Origin: Malacoraja senta
Taxonomy: Eukaryota
Direction: 5' to 3'
Length of the DNA stretch: 64,000 nt
Assembly (NCBI GenBank): GCA_038087875.1
Contig: CM075987.1
Span: 19,842,001 to 19,906,000, forward strand
Each line of letters opens with the position of its first letter. Position 1 is the first letter of the stretch. Below, piece by piece: positions 12,431-25,532 of this stretch. Made by a program: the position numbers and the translations under genes. Below the pieces are notes generated by a model. The model ran no database searches, was not told where the DNA came from, and saw nothing but the letters and a program-made list of their open reading frames with translations.

Positions 12431-13970
12431 AACAATATATTTCCTAAGCTGTTCTGATATGTTGGAGAATTAAATATGGAAAGCTGACACAGGTTTTGAA
12501 AGGAAAATATTTATGTTGAACTTCCACAATACACACAGGTTTGACTACTGCTGTTACAGAATTCAAATCTATTACTAGTCATGGCACAATCGGAAATAAT
12601 ATAAAGAAAGCCCTTAGAGAAGGTACAGAAAGGATCTAGTGAAATGGTCCTGAGCATGAAAGAGATTCGTTATTTGGCGAGACTGAAGAAGCTGGAATAT
12701 TCCTCAGAACAAAGAATTATGAATTACCTCTTTTAAGTCTTCAAATTTATTTGGGCACCAGACCAAACGCAGAAAAAATGTGTGTAGAGTTGAGAACTTG
12801 AGGATGTTAAGATTAAATGGGTTGATACTAGGAACATATCTTATTTCTTGGTAAGTTTTTGATTCACTTCAAAATTCAGTGGTCGTACCATACCAGCCAA
12901 GGCCTACTGCTCAGAATCTCTGACTACAATTTCCTTGGTCCGGCAGTAACCAATTGTCGATGTGGAGAGCCTATCTTGCTAACGCAAAGTGCCTCAGAAT
13001 GCAGTGCCAAGACATGGGTTGTGGTAGGACCTCAATGATGCTCAGAGGACATCTCAGCCCCAAAACACCTTGGAAAACTTGAACAGCTTTCAAAGGCCAG
13101 TCCTGCATTTTCTGGCTGTTAAAATTGTGAAAACTAATATCTTCATCATAAATCAAACAATTTTTATTTAAAAAAATAGAAAGTATTATAAATACAAATG
13201 CTTTAAATAATTTTGAAATTAAATTCTTCAAAAGTAACCTCCCTTCTCCTTTGCTTTATTATCCATAACCATAAAATCCCTGTTAATGTTAGTGCATCAC
13301 AAGTCCCGCACCAGCTCTAGCCTGGGTCTGTAAATTTTAAGGAACCACTGCAACTATAAGATAGGCATGAGCTACTTATTAAATACCAGTGGAGACCATA
13401 GAAATTTGTATTTTTGATAACAATGCTAATATATATTACTAATCTTCAGAAATTTATCAATGTGCTACCCATTTCATCAACCTAAAAAGTCCCAGTTCCA
13501 TTCCTGATTATGGTTCCAGAATACTATTTCTGTTCTTAAATGAGACTTCAAAATTAATTCAACTTGTTTGTTTATGAAAAATGGTGACTGGGAGCTTATG
13601 TCAATTAAATTAATCAGAGAGTAAATATACAAGAAGGACAGTTGCAGAATATGTTTCTAAATTAAGAAATGAGAACTATATATTAATGTCTTAAAACATA
13701 ACCGACACATGGAATCACCTTTTGCCGATGTTGATTGTGTTAAAACTTTGAACTGATTCAGGAACATTTAGGAATGTAATTTTTTTTAAACTGGTAGTTA
13801 TCCTAGAATTGGGGGCCTGCCTTAGTTGAATATTTCTTGTTAGGGGTAAAAATATCCAAAGGAATGTAACACTAATGCACGGACATGACTTATAATGAGA
13901 ATTGATTAATGTAGTTTATGTTTCAAAGTTTCTAATCTATTCTATCAATCTTTTCTAATCTAATCCTTAG

Positions 13971-14041
13971 GAGAGCCCTAATCCTCTGTGCTGTATTGTA
14001 CTGTACTTGTTGCCTGGGACTTGGACAAGTACTGCCTGAAG
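13971..14041 (+). CDS. COL27A1: Collagen XXVII alpha-1, signal-peptide exon (probable exon 2, 71 bp)
   Basis: Pyrimidine-rich tract ending ...taatccttAG before 13971 and GTAAGA donor at 14042. Translates (phase 2 in, phase 1 out) as xRALILCAVLYCTCCLGLGQVLPE, a hydrophobic signal-peptide-like stretch. The final G joins AT at 31726 to make the Asp of [10 protein letters not shown]. From memory, the mammalian exon is also 71 bp and ends ...APE-D. Absent from the ORF track. Confidence 0.88.
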
Positions 14042-14171
14042 GTAAGAAGTATTTCATTAATGCAAAACCGGCAGATATTGGAAATCCGAAATGAAACCAA
14101 AAAGTGCAGGACATATTGAGGCATTTAAGGGGAGGGAAATCAATTTTACAAATTCTTTACCTTCTTTACCT

Positions 14172-14770
14172 TGGAGTTCCGCCTGGGTCGGTGCTTGGGC
14201 CACTATTCTTCATGTTATATATTAATGATTTGGACAAGGGGATTGAAGGTTTTGTGGCCACGTTTGCGGAAGATACGAAAATAGGTGGAAGGGCAGGTAG
14301 TGTAGAGAAAGCAGGGACTCTGCAAAAGGACTTGGGCAGGTTCGAATAGTGGACAGAGAAATGGCAGATGGAATATAGTGTAGCAAAGTGTGGAGTCATG
14401 CATTTTGGAAGTAGAAATAAAGGCATAGTCTATTTTCTAAACGGGGAGATTCCAGAAATCTGAGGTGCAAAGGGACTTGGGTGCTGGTACAGGATTCCCA
14501 AAAAGTTAATCTGCAAGTCGAATCAGTAGTAAAGAAAGCAAACTCAATGCTAACATTTATTTCAAGAGGGCTTGTATACAAAAATAAGGATGTAATGCTG
14601 AGGCTCTATAAGGCGCTGGTAAGGCCACATTTGGAATATTGGGAGCAATTTTGGGCACCATATCTGAGGAAGGATATGCTGGCTCTGGAGAGGGTCCAGT
14701 AGAGATCCCAGGAAGGAGTAGATTAACCTATGAGAGCATTTGTCAGCACTTAGAGCCACTGTATTTTAGA
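14172..14770 (+). mobile_element. CR1 LINE RT fragment
   Basis: GVPPGSVLGPLFFMLYINDLD...FAEDTKIGG and LRLYKALVRPHLEYWEQFWAPYLRKD; contains stops and frameshifts. Confidence 0.93.
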
Positions 14771-15486
14771 TGGTGATCGAGGTGTGTTTCTAGTCAGTGA
14801 ATTGGTGGCAATGCCATTGAATGTCATGGGTTAGATTCTCCCTGGAGATGGTGGCTTGGCATTTGTACCTACCTTTGCTAGATGCTAATAAGATCTGTGA
14901 TTTTTGTGGTCATCAATGAATATCCTCAGTTCTTACCTTATAAGATAACTATATGAAAAGCTGGAGATGTTTAAGTCAGAACAATGTTTTGAACTTCTGC
15001 ATTGATGTTCTGGGGCTGAGATGATTAGCTACCAACAGTTAGAATCATTGGTACCACAACACATCACTTAGGCTTCTCAGTGTTCAAAATACAACCATCT
15101 CTTGTAATGTAACATTTGACTGCAATAGAATATTTTCCACCTGATGCCTATTCGCTACAGGGCTCCTTAGACAAATGTTGATATCGATATGAATTTCACT
15201 GTACCTTAATTGGTACGTGACAAAAAACTGACCTTGAGACCTTGAGACCTTGAATCATTCTTCCCCCTTCCTCTCACCTTTCACTGAAAGTCAGCTTCTC
15301 TGTCCACATTTAAACAAAGGGTGTAATGGGTTCTGGAGCTGCATGGTTTTTCATTGACGCAGAGACAACAACCTGGCTGCTCAACACCTGGCTTGAGATC
15401 TAACTATTCCTTTGGTCTATGTTTCATTCACAAGAAGAAGAGGATGGTTCCAGTGAAAATGCAAAACTGACAATCAATGAGCAAGT

Positions 15487-15668
15487 AGACTAAAATGCTG
15501 GAGAAACTCAGCAGGTGAGGCAGCATCTATGGAGCGAAGGAATAGGTGACGTCTCGACCCAAAATGTCACCTATTCCTTCACTCCATAGATGCTGCCTCA
15601 CCTGCTGAGTTTCTCCAGCATTTTTGTCTACCTTCGATTTTTCCAGCATCTGCAGTTCCTTCTTAAAC
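15487..15668 (+). mobile_element. Fold-back Penelope pLTR-derived mini-element with 14-bp TSD
   Basis: ATCAATGAGCAAGT at 15473-15486 and 15669-15682; ~65-bp inverted arms (15485-15550 vs 15565-15631). Confidence 0.85.
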
Positions 15669-17099
15669 ATCAATGAGCAAGTTATTGGTTCACATATTTT
15701 CACATTGGCTCACACTGGATTAATTACCATTGTTAGGCTTCTCAGTGGTATATTTTTGTGCTACGGTAAATGCTGCAAACTAATGGGGTCACTTTGCAAT
15801 TCTGGATTATTGACAGCTTTGCTTACAGCTTCAATTTAGGTTTAGGTTCATTATTACTAAGGTACAGTGAAAAGCTTTGTTTTGCATGCTATCTAACAGA
15901 TCAGATATACCATACTTAGATATAATCAGTTCAAACTCAAGCACAGCAAATAGAGCAATGGGGAAGATACAGAGTGAAGAATATGGTTCTCAGCATTGTC
16001 AGTTCCACAGAGAAAGTCCAATGGCCTTATTGGGGTGGAGGTGAATCAAACAGTAACATTGCTAAATCAAACAATTTAAATTTAAGTCATATCTTGATAT
16101 TTCATTTTTTTAATTGCCTCACTGCATTCTTTAGAGTACTAGAATTTATGAAGGTACAAGCAATTGCATATGTGGAATCGAGTTAAAAGTGCGTCAAAGC
16201 AGCATCTGTGCAGTCAAAGGGATAGAGTTTCTAGGTTCAAACCTTACATTAGAATATTGATGCAGTCTCAATCTGAAACATCGACTATCCTTTTCTCTCC
16301 GCGCATGCTACTTTCCTTGTGCTGCTGAGTTTTTCCAGCAGTTTATTGAAAGTAATGAATTAGCTATTATACATGTGGCTGTTTATCAATTCAATTCAAA
16401 ATACCTTTTTGATCAAGGTGAAATAATTAATTTATCACGCTGTCTGATGTGAAACATTTTAATTTGAGACATGGTAATAATTCACTGGTGGCTATGATTT
16501 GTATTTGTTTCTCTAATAAAATGTCATTGTCTTCTGCTGTGGTCAGTTGCAATGACATCACCATTTCCCCCCCAAATCTTTTACTATTGCTCCCACAATT
16601 CAAACATAACTGACTGTAGTTGTGAAATATTGTTGGCCAAAATGTGCTATTTTCAGTAAGTTATGTTGGCATCAAGCTTGCGTGAAAATAGCTCAGGACT
16701 AGTTTGACCTTTGTTAAAACAGTTGCTCAGGGAATATGTTGGCAATAGAAAGAACTATTAAATACAGCCTATAAAAACACAAATCTGCAGATACACAGAC
16801 CATGCCAGGATATAAACCAGCATTAGTTACATGTTCATATTTTCCTTTCTCCTTTTATTGTAGGTAATGTCTGCAATTTGCAACCTAGACATTTCAGTCA
16901 AAAAATGAAAAAAAATCTGTTCTGGTAGGAGGAAAGCAGAGGAAAATAAAACCCCTCACATCATAAGAATGTAAATAACTGTAAATAATCAATTCTCAAA
17001 TCCAACAGTTGTATGTTGTTGGGTTTTGGCAACTGATGATAACTTTATCTTTGAATTAAAACATTATTTCTGCATTAAAGAATTATCTATTATAATGAG

Positions 17100-17625
17100 G
17101 TTGTGGCGCCTTCACACCCACGTTGGTTTTGCATACAGCCTGTCACCGATGAAATGTTGATGACTAGGATAGCATCTTGCCATCTTGTGAACCGGTCTTC
17201 ACAAGTGAGCAGATATGTGTATTTTTTTATGGTGGGAGTGGGCCGACCAAGTCCCGACCAAGGCACGTGCTCGAAACTCGGTACAGGAAACTCACCGAAA
17301 GGGGTCCTAGTGTGCCGGGAGATCTTAGATTGTAGACACGGTAGACAAGTCTTCGCCCATAATCCAACATCACACTTGATGAAAGGCCAAATGAAACGTT
17401 CGGAGATTAGTTTTATCGTAGCCTTCTTGCCCAGATATGATAAGTTGTGCAGCACGCTGAAAACTTCTCGACGCATCCGGGCAAGAAGGCTACGATGTTG
17501 GCCTGAGTAGCTGCATAGCCCGCGCTTTTGTTCACCAGTGGATTTCGGCCTTTGGGGTCCCAAGTACTATTTCCTGACTAAGGTAGATTCCCTTCAGTTC
17601 CTCCCTACCACTAGATCCTCGGTCC
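17100..17625 (-). mobile_element. Ty3/Gypsy pol fragment (integrase zinc-binding region and start of catalytic core), degenerate
   Basis: ORF 17090-17563: RREVFSVLHNLSYLGKKATIKLISERFIWPFIKCDVGLWAKTCLPCLQSKISRHTRTP...FEHV...YTYLLTCEDRFTRW = H2C2 motif plus first rve strands. No LTRs seen. Confidence 0.88.
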
Positions 17626-17632
17626 CCTAGTA

Positions 17633-17960
17633 TTTTTGGGTCGGAACCCTTCTTCAGTCTGATTGTAGTAAAGGGGAGAAAATAGGAAAAGAGGTGGGAG
17701 GGGGGAATAAGCCTGTCAATTGATAGGTAGATATATGAGGAGAGGTTTAATTTGGCAGACGGATGTTCAAGGGCCAGAGATGAAAAGACAAAGAGCATGG
17801 GATAAGGCGATAAGAATAACAGGTGTGAAATGTGAATCTAGAGGAAGGAATATAGATGGAGAAAAGGAGAAAGAGAGGGGGAAAACTTGGATACTGCAGT
17901 GTTCATATCATTGGGATGTAAGCAATGGATGAGGTGTTGTTCCTCCAGTTTGTGTGTACA
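17633..17960 (-). mobile_element. Penelope-like 3' fragment
   Basis: Reverse complement has aaactggaggaacaacacctcat...ttacatcccaatgatatgaacactgca (as in 10130-10200) and ends at CTGAAGAAGGGTTCCGACCCAAAA. Confidence 0.75.
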
Positions 17961-19029
17961 TTCCAAAGCTCAGTCATCTTGATCCAGAGCTGCTCACAGT
18001 TTTACTTCACAGGCATCTGTAACCTCCTTGTTTGAGTAACCATCCACTTGTTTCACTGTAGAGAATGGTGATAGAAGTAGTAGAAACATAGCAACATAGA
18101 AAATAGGTGCAGGAGTAGTTACTCCAGCATTTATGTCTATTTTCTGATTTACAATGCAGGGCCACTAATCTTTTAACTCTCCTCCTTCTGTTGACAAACT
18201 TGGATTCACTGTTCTCTGATCCCAGCTGAGAACTTACATATTTTGTCTTCTGTTAAAACTGTCTCCAAGAAATTTGGTTGCAGTATTGATGCCAAATGGT
18301 TTTCTTCTCAATAATTCTTAAGTTTTCTTAATTTGAATACTATCCCAATGAGCTATAACTTGCAAAATATGAATACTGATCATGATTGTGAGACTTTCTG
18401 AACACTTCTCAATCTCGGAAAGTGTGTTCAAATCAAACAACGACTTCCAAGCTAACTGCATCCTGATTTTGAGGCAGTAAAAAATAGCTTCAGATTGACA
18501 TCAGTATGAAAGCAGGAGGAGATTTCAAAGATTAGGTTGGCAAACCAGCGAATGCCATGAAGCAAAGATGAAAGTTTATTTCCAATGCATTTTTATTCCC
18601 AGGCAAAATGTGAACATTACACCATGGAAATTTAACCTCTGGCATGATTTCCCTTTGCCTTGCATGTTTTTTTCTAATGTAAAACTCCCTAAATGCTAAT
18701 TATGCAACATCCACAATTTGTTTCCAGTATGATTTTGCAACTTCACTAGTCTAAAAGCAACAGTTATTATTCACTTGCTAAACACATTTCTCCCACAACT
18801 ATGCATTGAAAAGGCCACCACTCACACAGCATTCTTTTTGTCCTCCCTGAGATCTGTGACTGGATTTCAGATTTCAGATATAAGCTAGTATATATACCTG
18901 GAGTGCTCTGCTTATGGATGTCAAGGACATAGTCACTGTCAGCTTCCTAGTGTTAGGATCATCTCGGGCTGCTGCCGTGAATCTCCGACTAAATCTCAAA
19001 GGTTGTGGTTCCCTGCTGCATTATTCAAT

Positions 19030-19862
19030 GATTCAATTCAATTCAATTATACGTTATTGTCACATGTACCTAGGTATAAAACAAAGTACCTAGGTGATTC
19101 TTTGTTTTTGCACACAATACACAAGTACGCAAAGAATCGCCATGTATCTGGCGCCTACAAAGTATTCAATGGTCCCTCTTTGTTCTCAGTGCAACACCCC
19201 CACCTCACTGGGTCCCTCCTTGTTTTTGGCACCTCCATCCCCCCCCCTTCCGCCAAACGGGAACCTCCTTGTTTTTGGTGCAACCCCCACCCCCCCTCCG
19301 CCAACTGGGTCCCTCCTTGTTTTTGGCGCCTCCCCCCCAAGCCATCCCCACCTCACTGGGTCCCTCCTTGTATTTGGCAGCTGACATACGTTCGACTCTC
19401 TCTCCTCCTTCTGGTTCCTGGTCTTCAGTGGCCAGTGGGAGTTGAGCCTTGGACCCACTCCAGGCAGGTTCCGCAGCCGGCCACCAATAGGGTTTGGCAA
19501 CCGCCCGTGCAGCCTCATGACCAGTGGCTCAGGGCCAAGTCTGGAGCCGACTCCTGTCGATACCGGTGGCTCAGGGCTGAATCCAGAGGCTGTTCCCGTT
19601 GACGAGGGTGGCTCGGGGTCGAGTTCAGAGTCTGCTGAGGGCTGGCTGAGCATACCGGGTGGGTCCTGCATCCTTGGTGAGTGAGTCTTAGGTCCGTGGC
19701 GGTCGGGCCGGGCCTACCGGGAAATCCTCGGACCTCTGTCCGCATCAGGTGAGCCGGGCCTGCTGGTAGGCTTGGCCATGGGTTGCTGGGATACTCCTGG
19801 CACGTGGCTTGCCGGAATATTTCTGGCGTGTGATTTGCTGGGATACTCCCGGCGAGTGGCAT
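19030..19862 (-). mobile_element. GC-rich non-autonomous retroelement with internal ~50-bp tandem modules and LINE-like tail
   Basis: (ATTCA)n tail and ttattgtcacatgtacc at 19030-19070; five gggtccctccttgtttttgg modules at 19170-19380; CpG-rich body to ~19860. Confidence 0.6.
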
Positions 19863-19964
19863 GGGAATTCATCTAAGTCCAAGCTTAAACAGAGAAGACA
19901 TTAGCCAGTTAGAGTGGTCACATAGGAGGCACAAGAATTTACTTAGCACTGTAGTGGTTAGAAC

Positions 19965-20670
19965 TGCACACAATATTCCAAAGTTTGCACACCTGCAACA
20001 TGACTTTCTGACTTTCACACTGATCGATGATGGCAAGTATGTTGTACACTTTCTTTACCACCCTGTCAACTTTCAGGGAGCTTTGGACATGCACCCCAAG
20101 ATTCATCTTATAAAAACAAAATTAGTCAGAAGGTCTACTACCACTAACTGTACTTTCCCCATACATTTGACTGGTCCATATACAAATCTCATAATTAGCC
20201 TGATTAATCTCCATCTGCCATTTCTCTACCCATATTTCTAACAGGTCTAGATCCTGCTCAATCCTTTGACAACTATCCTCACTACTCTCAACTCCACAAA
20301 TGTTTAGTTATATGCAAATTTACTGATTGGCCCATCTACATTTTCATCCAAATAATTTAATTATATCACAAACATCAGAGGTCCTAGTACTGATCCTTGC
20401 TGAACACCACTGGTCGCAGACGTCCAGTTAGAATTACACCTAGCACCACCATACTCTGTTTTCTATGACCAAATGAATTTTGAATCCAATCTGCCAAGTC
20501 TCCATGGTCCCCACATGCCTTAATCTTCTGTATCAGCCTACCATGAGGGAACTTGTCAACAGCTTTACAAAATTCTAATTATATAGCATCCACTGGCTTA
20601 CCCTCAGTAATCATCTTCATTTCCTACTCAAAAAGCCCAATCAAGTTTGGAAGACATGACTTCCCCAGTT
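19965..20670 (-). mobile_element. Old CR1 RT fragment
   Basis: Reverse complement includes SGVQQGSVLGPLMFVI.LNYLDENVDGPISKFAY-like RT motifs (20310-20415); heavily decayed. Confidence 0.75.
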
Positions 20671-23600
20671 TTTGTTGATCACTAAGATCATGTACAGTTG
20701 TAAGCCGAAGTATCCATGAAAGATCTGTTATAACACTTGTGCTCACAAAATAATTGGAGTAAACCTGTAGTGTTTAAATGAATTAATTAATAATCCAGTG
20801 ATTTGCTGTAACAAACCACAACAATGCTGAAGTTTAAATAAAATAATCTGGAATTTTAAAGGGCGTCTTTTACTCTGGGGAACTACCCAAGAAGATCATA
20901 GAGTTTAAATATTGAACCAACTATTCTAAACTAAAGTAAGAATCCCCACTTTCTTTAAAGTTAAATTTGTAGTTGGATAATATGTATAAGGGATTTCCTC
21001 AGCAGATATTGCACTATACACTGCCAAAGTCTGACACCTGACAGATGTATTTGAAATAGATTCTGAGTGAAGAGTGTTTTTTTTATTATTTTCTCCATTG
21101 AAGCCAGAAGTTACAAAGTACAGCATTGCATATAAAATTGGTTCAACTAAATTGATTCTAAATCTAATGATGCAATGTGCATTCAAATTTTAAAAATAAC
21201 ATATTTACACTATTATGTCATAACTTGGAAAGCAACCAAAGAGGCCTGGTTCCTTACTGGGCAATAGGTCTTGATACAGTCTTGTTTGCTTCATTTTTAC
21301 CATATGTATATATCAAGAGCGAGATGTTTTTGGATTCTGCATATTCAGGCCAAGATGATAAAATGTAGAAATATTTATTTACTGTAGACTCTTTGACTAT
21401 TTCAACTTTTCATGAGTAGTAGATTCTGGGGCATTACTGGTGTTTAAAACTAATTTACAAACTTATTAGTCTTATTGTAACCAGAAAGATCATGTGGGAT
21501 TGGGTTTGAGTGTGGGTTGGCTGTCAAAACGGTTGAAAATAATCGTCAAACAACCCCATGCAATCTAATGTCACTCATATATTTACAGGTGCGCACCATA
21601 GGTTGCATGCTGAAGCCTCTCAGGAGAGGTATATTTCTCAATTGAGAATTGACACAATGTTGGGTATATAGACTTTCCAGGCTTTCAGAACTTTGCCATT
21701 AAAATTAAGATGCATATGCAGTGAATGTTGAAGAAGCTGAAGCAAACTCTGGCTTACCTACTTATGGGTTAGAGTTTGCTTGGAAAACTCTTTGTACAGT
21801 TACTTCATCTAGAACATAAAATAGTCCTCAATGTTTGTGCACAACATGATGCCAAAACTAACCATTATCTGCTTGCTCATGATCCACATCCTTCCATTTC
21901 TTGCATTTCTATGTGCTATCCAAAAGTCTCTTAAATGCCACTATCATTTCTACCTCTACCACCCCCCGGCAGCACGTTCCAGGCACTCACCACCTTCTGT
22001 ATAAAATAAAATTGGCCCTGTACTTCTCCTTTAAACTTTGTCTCTCTCACCTTAAAGCTATGCTTTAGAATAAAGACAGAAAATGCTGTAAACATCAGCA
22101 GGCCAAGAAGCACCTGCGGAAAAAGAAACTTTTAAGGTTGAGGACCCTTCATCTAAATTGCTAAAGATACAAAAACACATTATTTGTTAATGGGAGATAG
22201 AGCAGGGTAGGAATATGTAGGACAAAGAGAATATCTTTGATGGGTTGGGACCAGATTTGGTATGGTGATAGGTTGTTGAGGAGGCCTTTGGGTTGATAAA
22301 GTAACAAGGATGTTAAATGGACAATAAACAAACAAAGACACATGTTCAAGCCATGAAATATAGGTCACAGTACAGTTTAGAGATTGCCTTATTTTTAGGA
22401 TTTTCCTTTTCTTATAAAATGAGTGGGTTTTTTTGCCCCTTAGAATGGACCTCAAAGGAGGATCGGGATGAGCAGCAGTAGGATGTCAACGGCTGCCTTT
22501 TAGTCATAGACTTGCAACTATACAACAATAAGGCATCTTTGGTACTTAACACTGCAATTGAAATGGGGTATACAGACATGTGTTTTTGTGACATGACTAT
22601 ACAGCAGGGTCTCATGAACTAAGAAAAATCAAATATTAGAGAGCATAGTTTTAAGGTGAGAAGAGAAAAGTGCAAAAGAAATGTGTAGGGCAAGTCTTCT
22701 ATACAGAAGATGGCAAGTAACATGCTCCCACCTCAACTGTAGTTCCTGCAATGTGGACCAAGTGTGTAACTGAAAAAATATGTTTACGTAGGTGAACACA
22801 AGATTCCTGGATAGCTGCTATGATTCGAGCTCTACAGCTGTCTAAATTCTGTAACCTTTTTGGAACAGGAAGCAGGTTGAGTTGTTGTGTGCAAGGCAGC
22901 AAGGGATAAACTTTCCATATGTAGATATTGACATCATCAGAAATCGGTCTCTGGAAGCCCGGCAGCACTCCAGTAAATAAAAACGATCACTTAGTTTATT
23001 TAAAAGAGTTAGCAATCAAAGATGTTTTAAATTGAAGATGAGGGGAGGTATGGGCAGACATGTCCGTTAATGTCTAATGAGGTAGTCTCCACTCCATCAC
23101 AGCCATTTTCCTCTGAAAAGGGATCCCAATCCGAAACATTGCCAATCCATTCCCTTCACAGATGCTGCCTGACCCACTGAGCTACTGAATCTTGTTTTGC
23201 TGAAGATTCCAGCATCTGCAGTTGTGTCCTCATTTTTCTCTTCATCTCTCCCACTAACATAAAATATTTTTGATTTCTAACTTTTCCTAGTTCTGTTAGT
23301 CTAAATTAATTTATACTCAATAAATGAGTAATAAATTAAATATTATTTTTACATTTGGCATGAAAAATATTTTCCTTTTTTTTAAACATCATTTAAGGAT
23401 ATTAAATTTGATTAAACACCTAATAATATGAAACATTTAGAAACAGTCAAAAAGGTCCAAGCTTTCAATAGGTCACCAGTGCAGTCAGGAAACATGGCTT
23501 TTAGGATTTGTTCCCTGAGACGCAGTTGCTGCTGGTAGACTGTTCTATTTTGACTGCAGCTGTGAGGCTGCAAAAGCTAAGTGCAGTTCTGGGAATAGTA

Positions 23601-24430
23601 TAGGGGGCCATATTCAAGATGTGGCTGAATCAAGCGTGATCCTGCCCATTATGCCATTTTTTCACCATGTAATGAATTCATCAACTCATTTTAAATGCAC
23701 ATTACTGTTTATATCAAATGGTGGAAGGAAGAATTGCAAGTAAAATTTTTTCTTGGACTATCTTTAGATAATAAGTACAAAATCAGTCTTGAATTCATAG
23801 CAATTGTATAAAGCATTTTTATTTTTAATAATGATCATATGATGGTCACTATTTGTAACGAGGGGTCAACTCTACTCTTTTTCAGGACTTTTCAAAGACA
23901 ATACCTGTTTTTCCAAATTACTTATTGTCACGAATATCTTGAATTAGATATTTCATGAATGTTAAGGTATAAATATAATGAAGCACATTATTTGACTCCT
24001 ACACTTGTTTCACGTTCCTATTTTGCGGGTAATTTCTCAGACTTCCCATTTTCCATGTACAATGCACATAATCTTTTCTTGTCAATTCTTTCAAGCACAT
24101 CTGCACCACACCATCCATGTCCTGCTTCCCTTAGTTTAATTCAGTATAATTTTCAAGCACCCAGCTACCCCATGCTACCTTCAATTATCGTCCATTTTCT
24201 TTCAAAATTGCTGTCATTTCCTGCGCAAATATTTCCACAAGATGTCTCCCACAGACAAATAAGATTGCACATAGATGGAGACTTAGAACAAGGAATTACA
24301 TTGCATAATGAGTCAGTCTTTAAAAGAGGAAGGGAAATGCTGGAATACATTCACTGATTCTCAATTGTTATAAGGATCATTTATGATGCTTTCCCTAAAT
24401 CACTTTAAAAAAAAAAACACTACATAAATG

Positions 24431-24465
24431 AATAATAGTAGTAATAATAATAATAATAATAATAA
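24431..24465. repeat. (TAA)n microsatellite
   Basis: aataatagtagtaataataataataataataataac. Confidence 0.85.
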
Positions 24466-25532
24466 CAGATTCTTAGCATTCACCACAGGATGGAAACGTT
24501 CATAGCTAAGTATGTCAAACCAGCTGAAGGTGGATGCGTGGCAGCAGTGAGGAAGGGAGAGAAAAGTGGGGCCCAATAAAGGGAGGGGGGCAGGGGTAAG
24601 GGCTAAGTAGGAAAATTACATTGTAAAATTGAATCAATTGTTTAACTTTGCAAGTAGTTAATGTCCTCATAAAAGTATGTTTTTCAATATACATTTCAAG
24701 TGTTTATGTTTCATAATGATAAATGTAAACTTTATGTTAGTATTCAAATTTGTACTTTAGTTCTTGAATTAAGATTCTCTTGTGCTTAAAATATTAAATT
24801 TTCTACACTGTTAAGGATAGATTTATGCATTTATTTTCTGAGACACAACCAGCCTTTTCCACTTTTTATTGAAGATACAGATTCTGTTATGATTAAAGAG
24901 GATGCGGTCTGTTGAGCGAGCACAGTTGTAGTTCATGTTTTGTTTGGAACACTAATACAAATTTTGGGGCAGCCGACTTTGATTCTGTCCACATGTCGAA
25001 TTTCCTACATGACTGATTCCACTATTTGTCGATATACTTGTATACATGCTCAGAGGCTAGGTTGGTTGCAAGTTTTGCCAATTTTGTGTTTTTTTTAATT
25101 TATTCATTGTTTTCTGGCCCTAAATGGAAAAGAGTGCTGAGATCAACACAGATTAATCTACCACTTTTAAATCAGGTGCAGACTACCTAAAATGTGTACT
25201 CTTACCGTATTGGTATTATTAGAGTGATTAGGGGGGGGGGTCCAACTTCACTGTTCATTTCCTCAGTATATAACAACACAATAACCTTTGAGTGGTTTAT
25301 ATTACTTCCAAGCTAGTTGATGTTGATTCTAGAATACTTGAAGTGGTTGATGATGCTGTTGGACTACAATGCTCATTCGTGTTGCACAATTCGACAAGAT
25401 TACATTTGTGGTTTCATACTTACCTATTCAGAACAGATTGACAATGGCTTATCTTCTGAAACCTACATTTTAATCACTGGTGTTCACTAAAAACTATTTA
25501 TAGGCCTATTTGTCGGCTGCTGCAACGCATAC

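Noticed and set aside
15229..15252. (GACCTTGA)x3 as a nuclear-receptor half-site cluster
   Set aside because: It directly follows ...ggtacgtgacaaaaaact, a LINE-type 3' terminus, so it is most simply the element's tandem tail.
19003..19862. Cluster of overlapping Pro/Gly-rich ORFs
   Set aside because: Arise from GC-rich tandem modules with few stops; no Gly-X-Y periodicity or exon boundaries.
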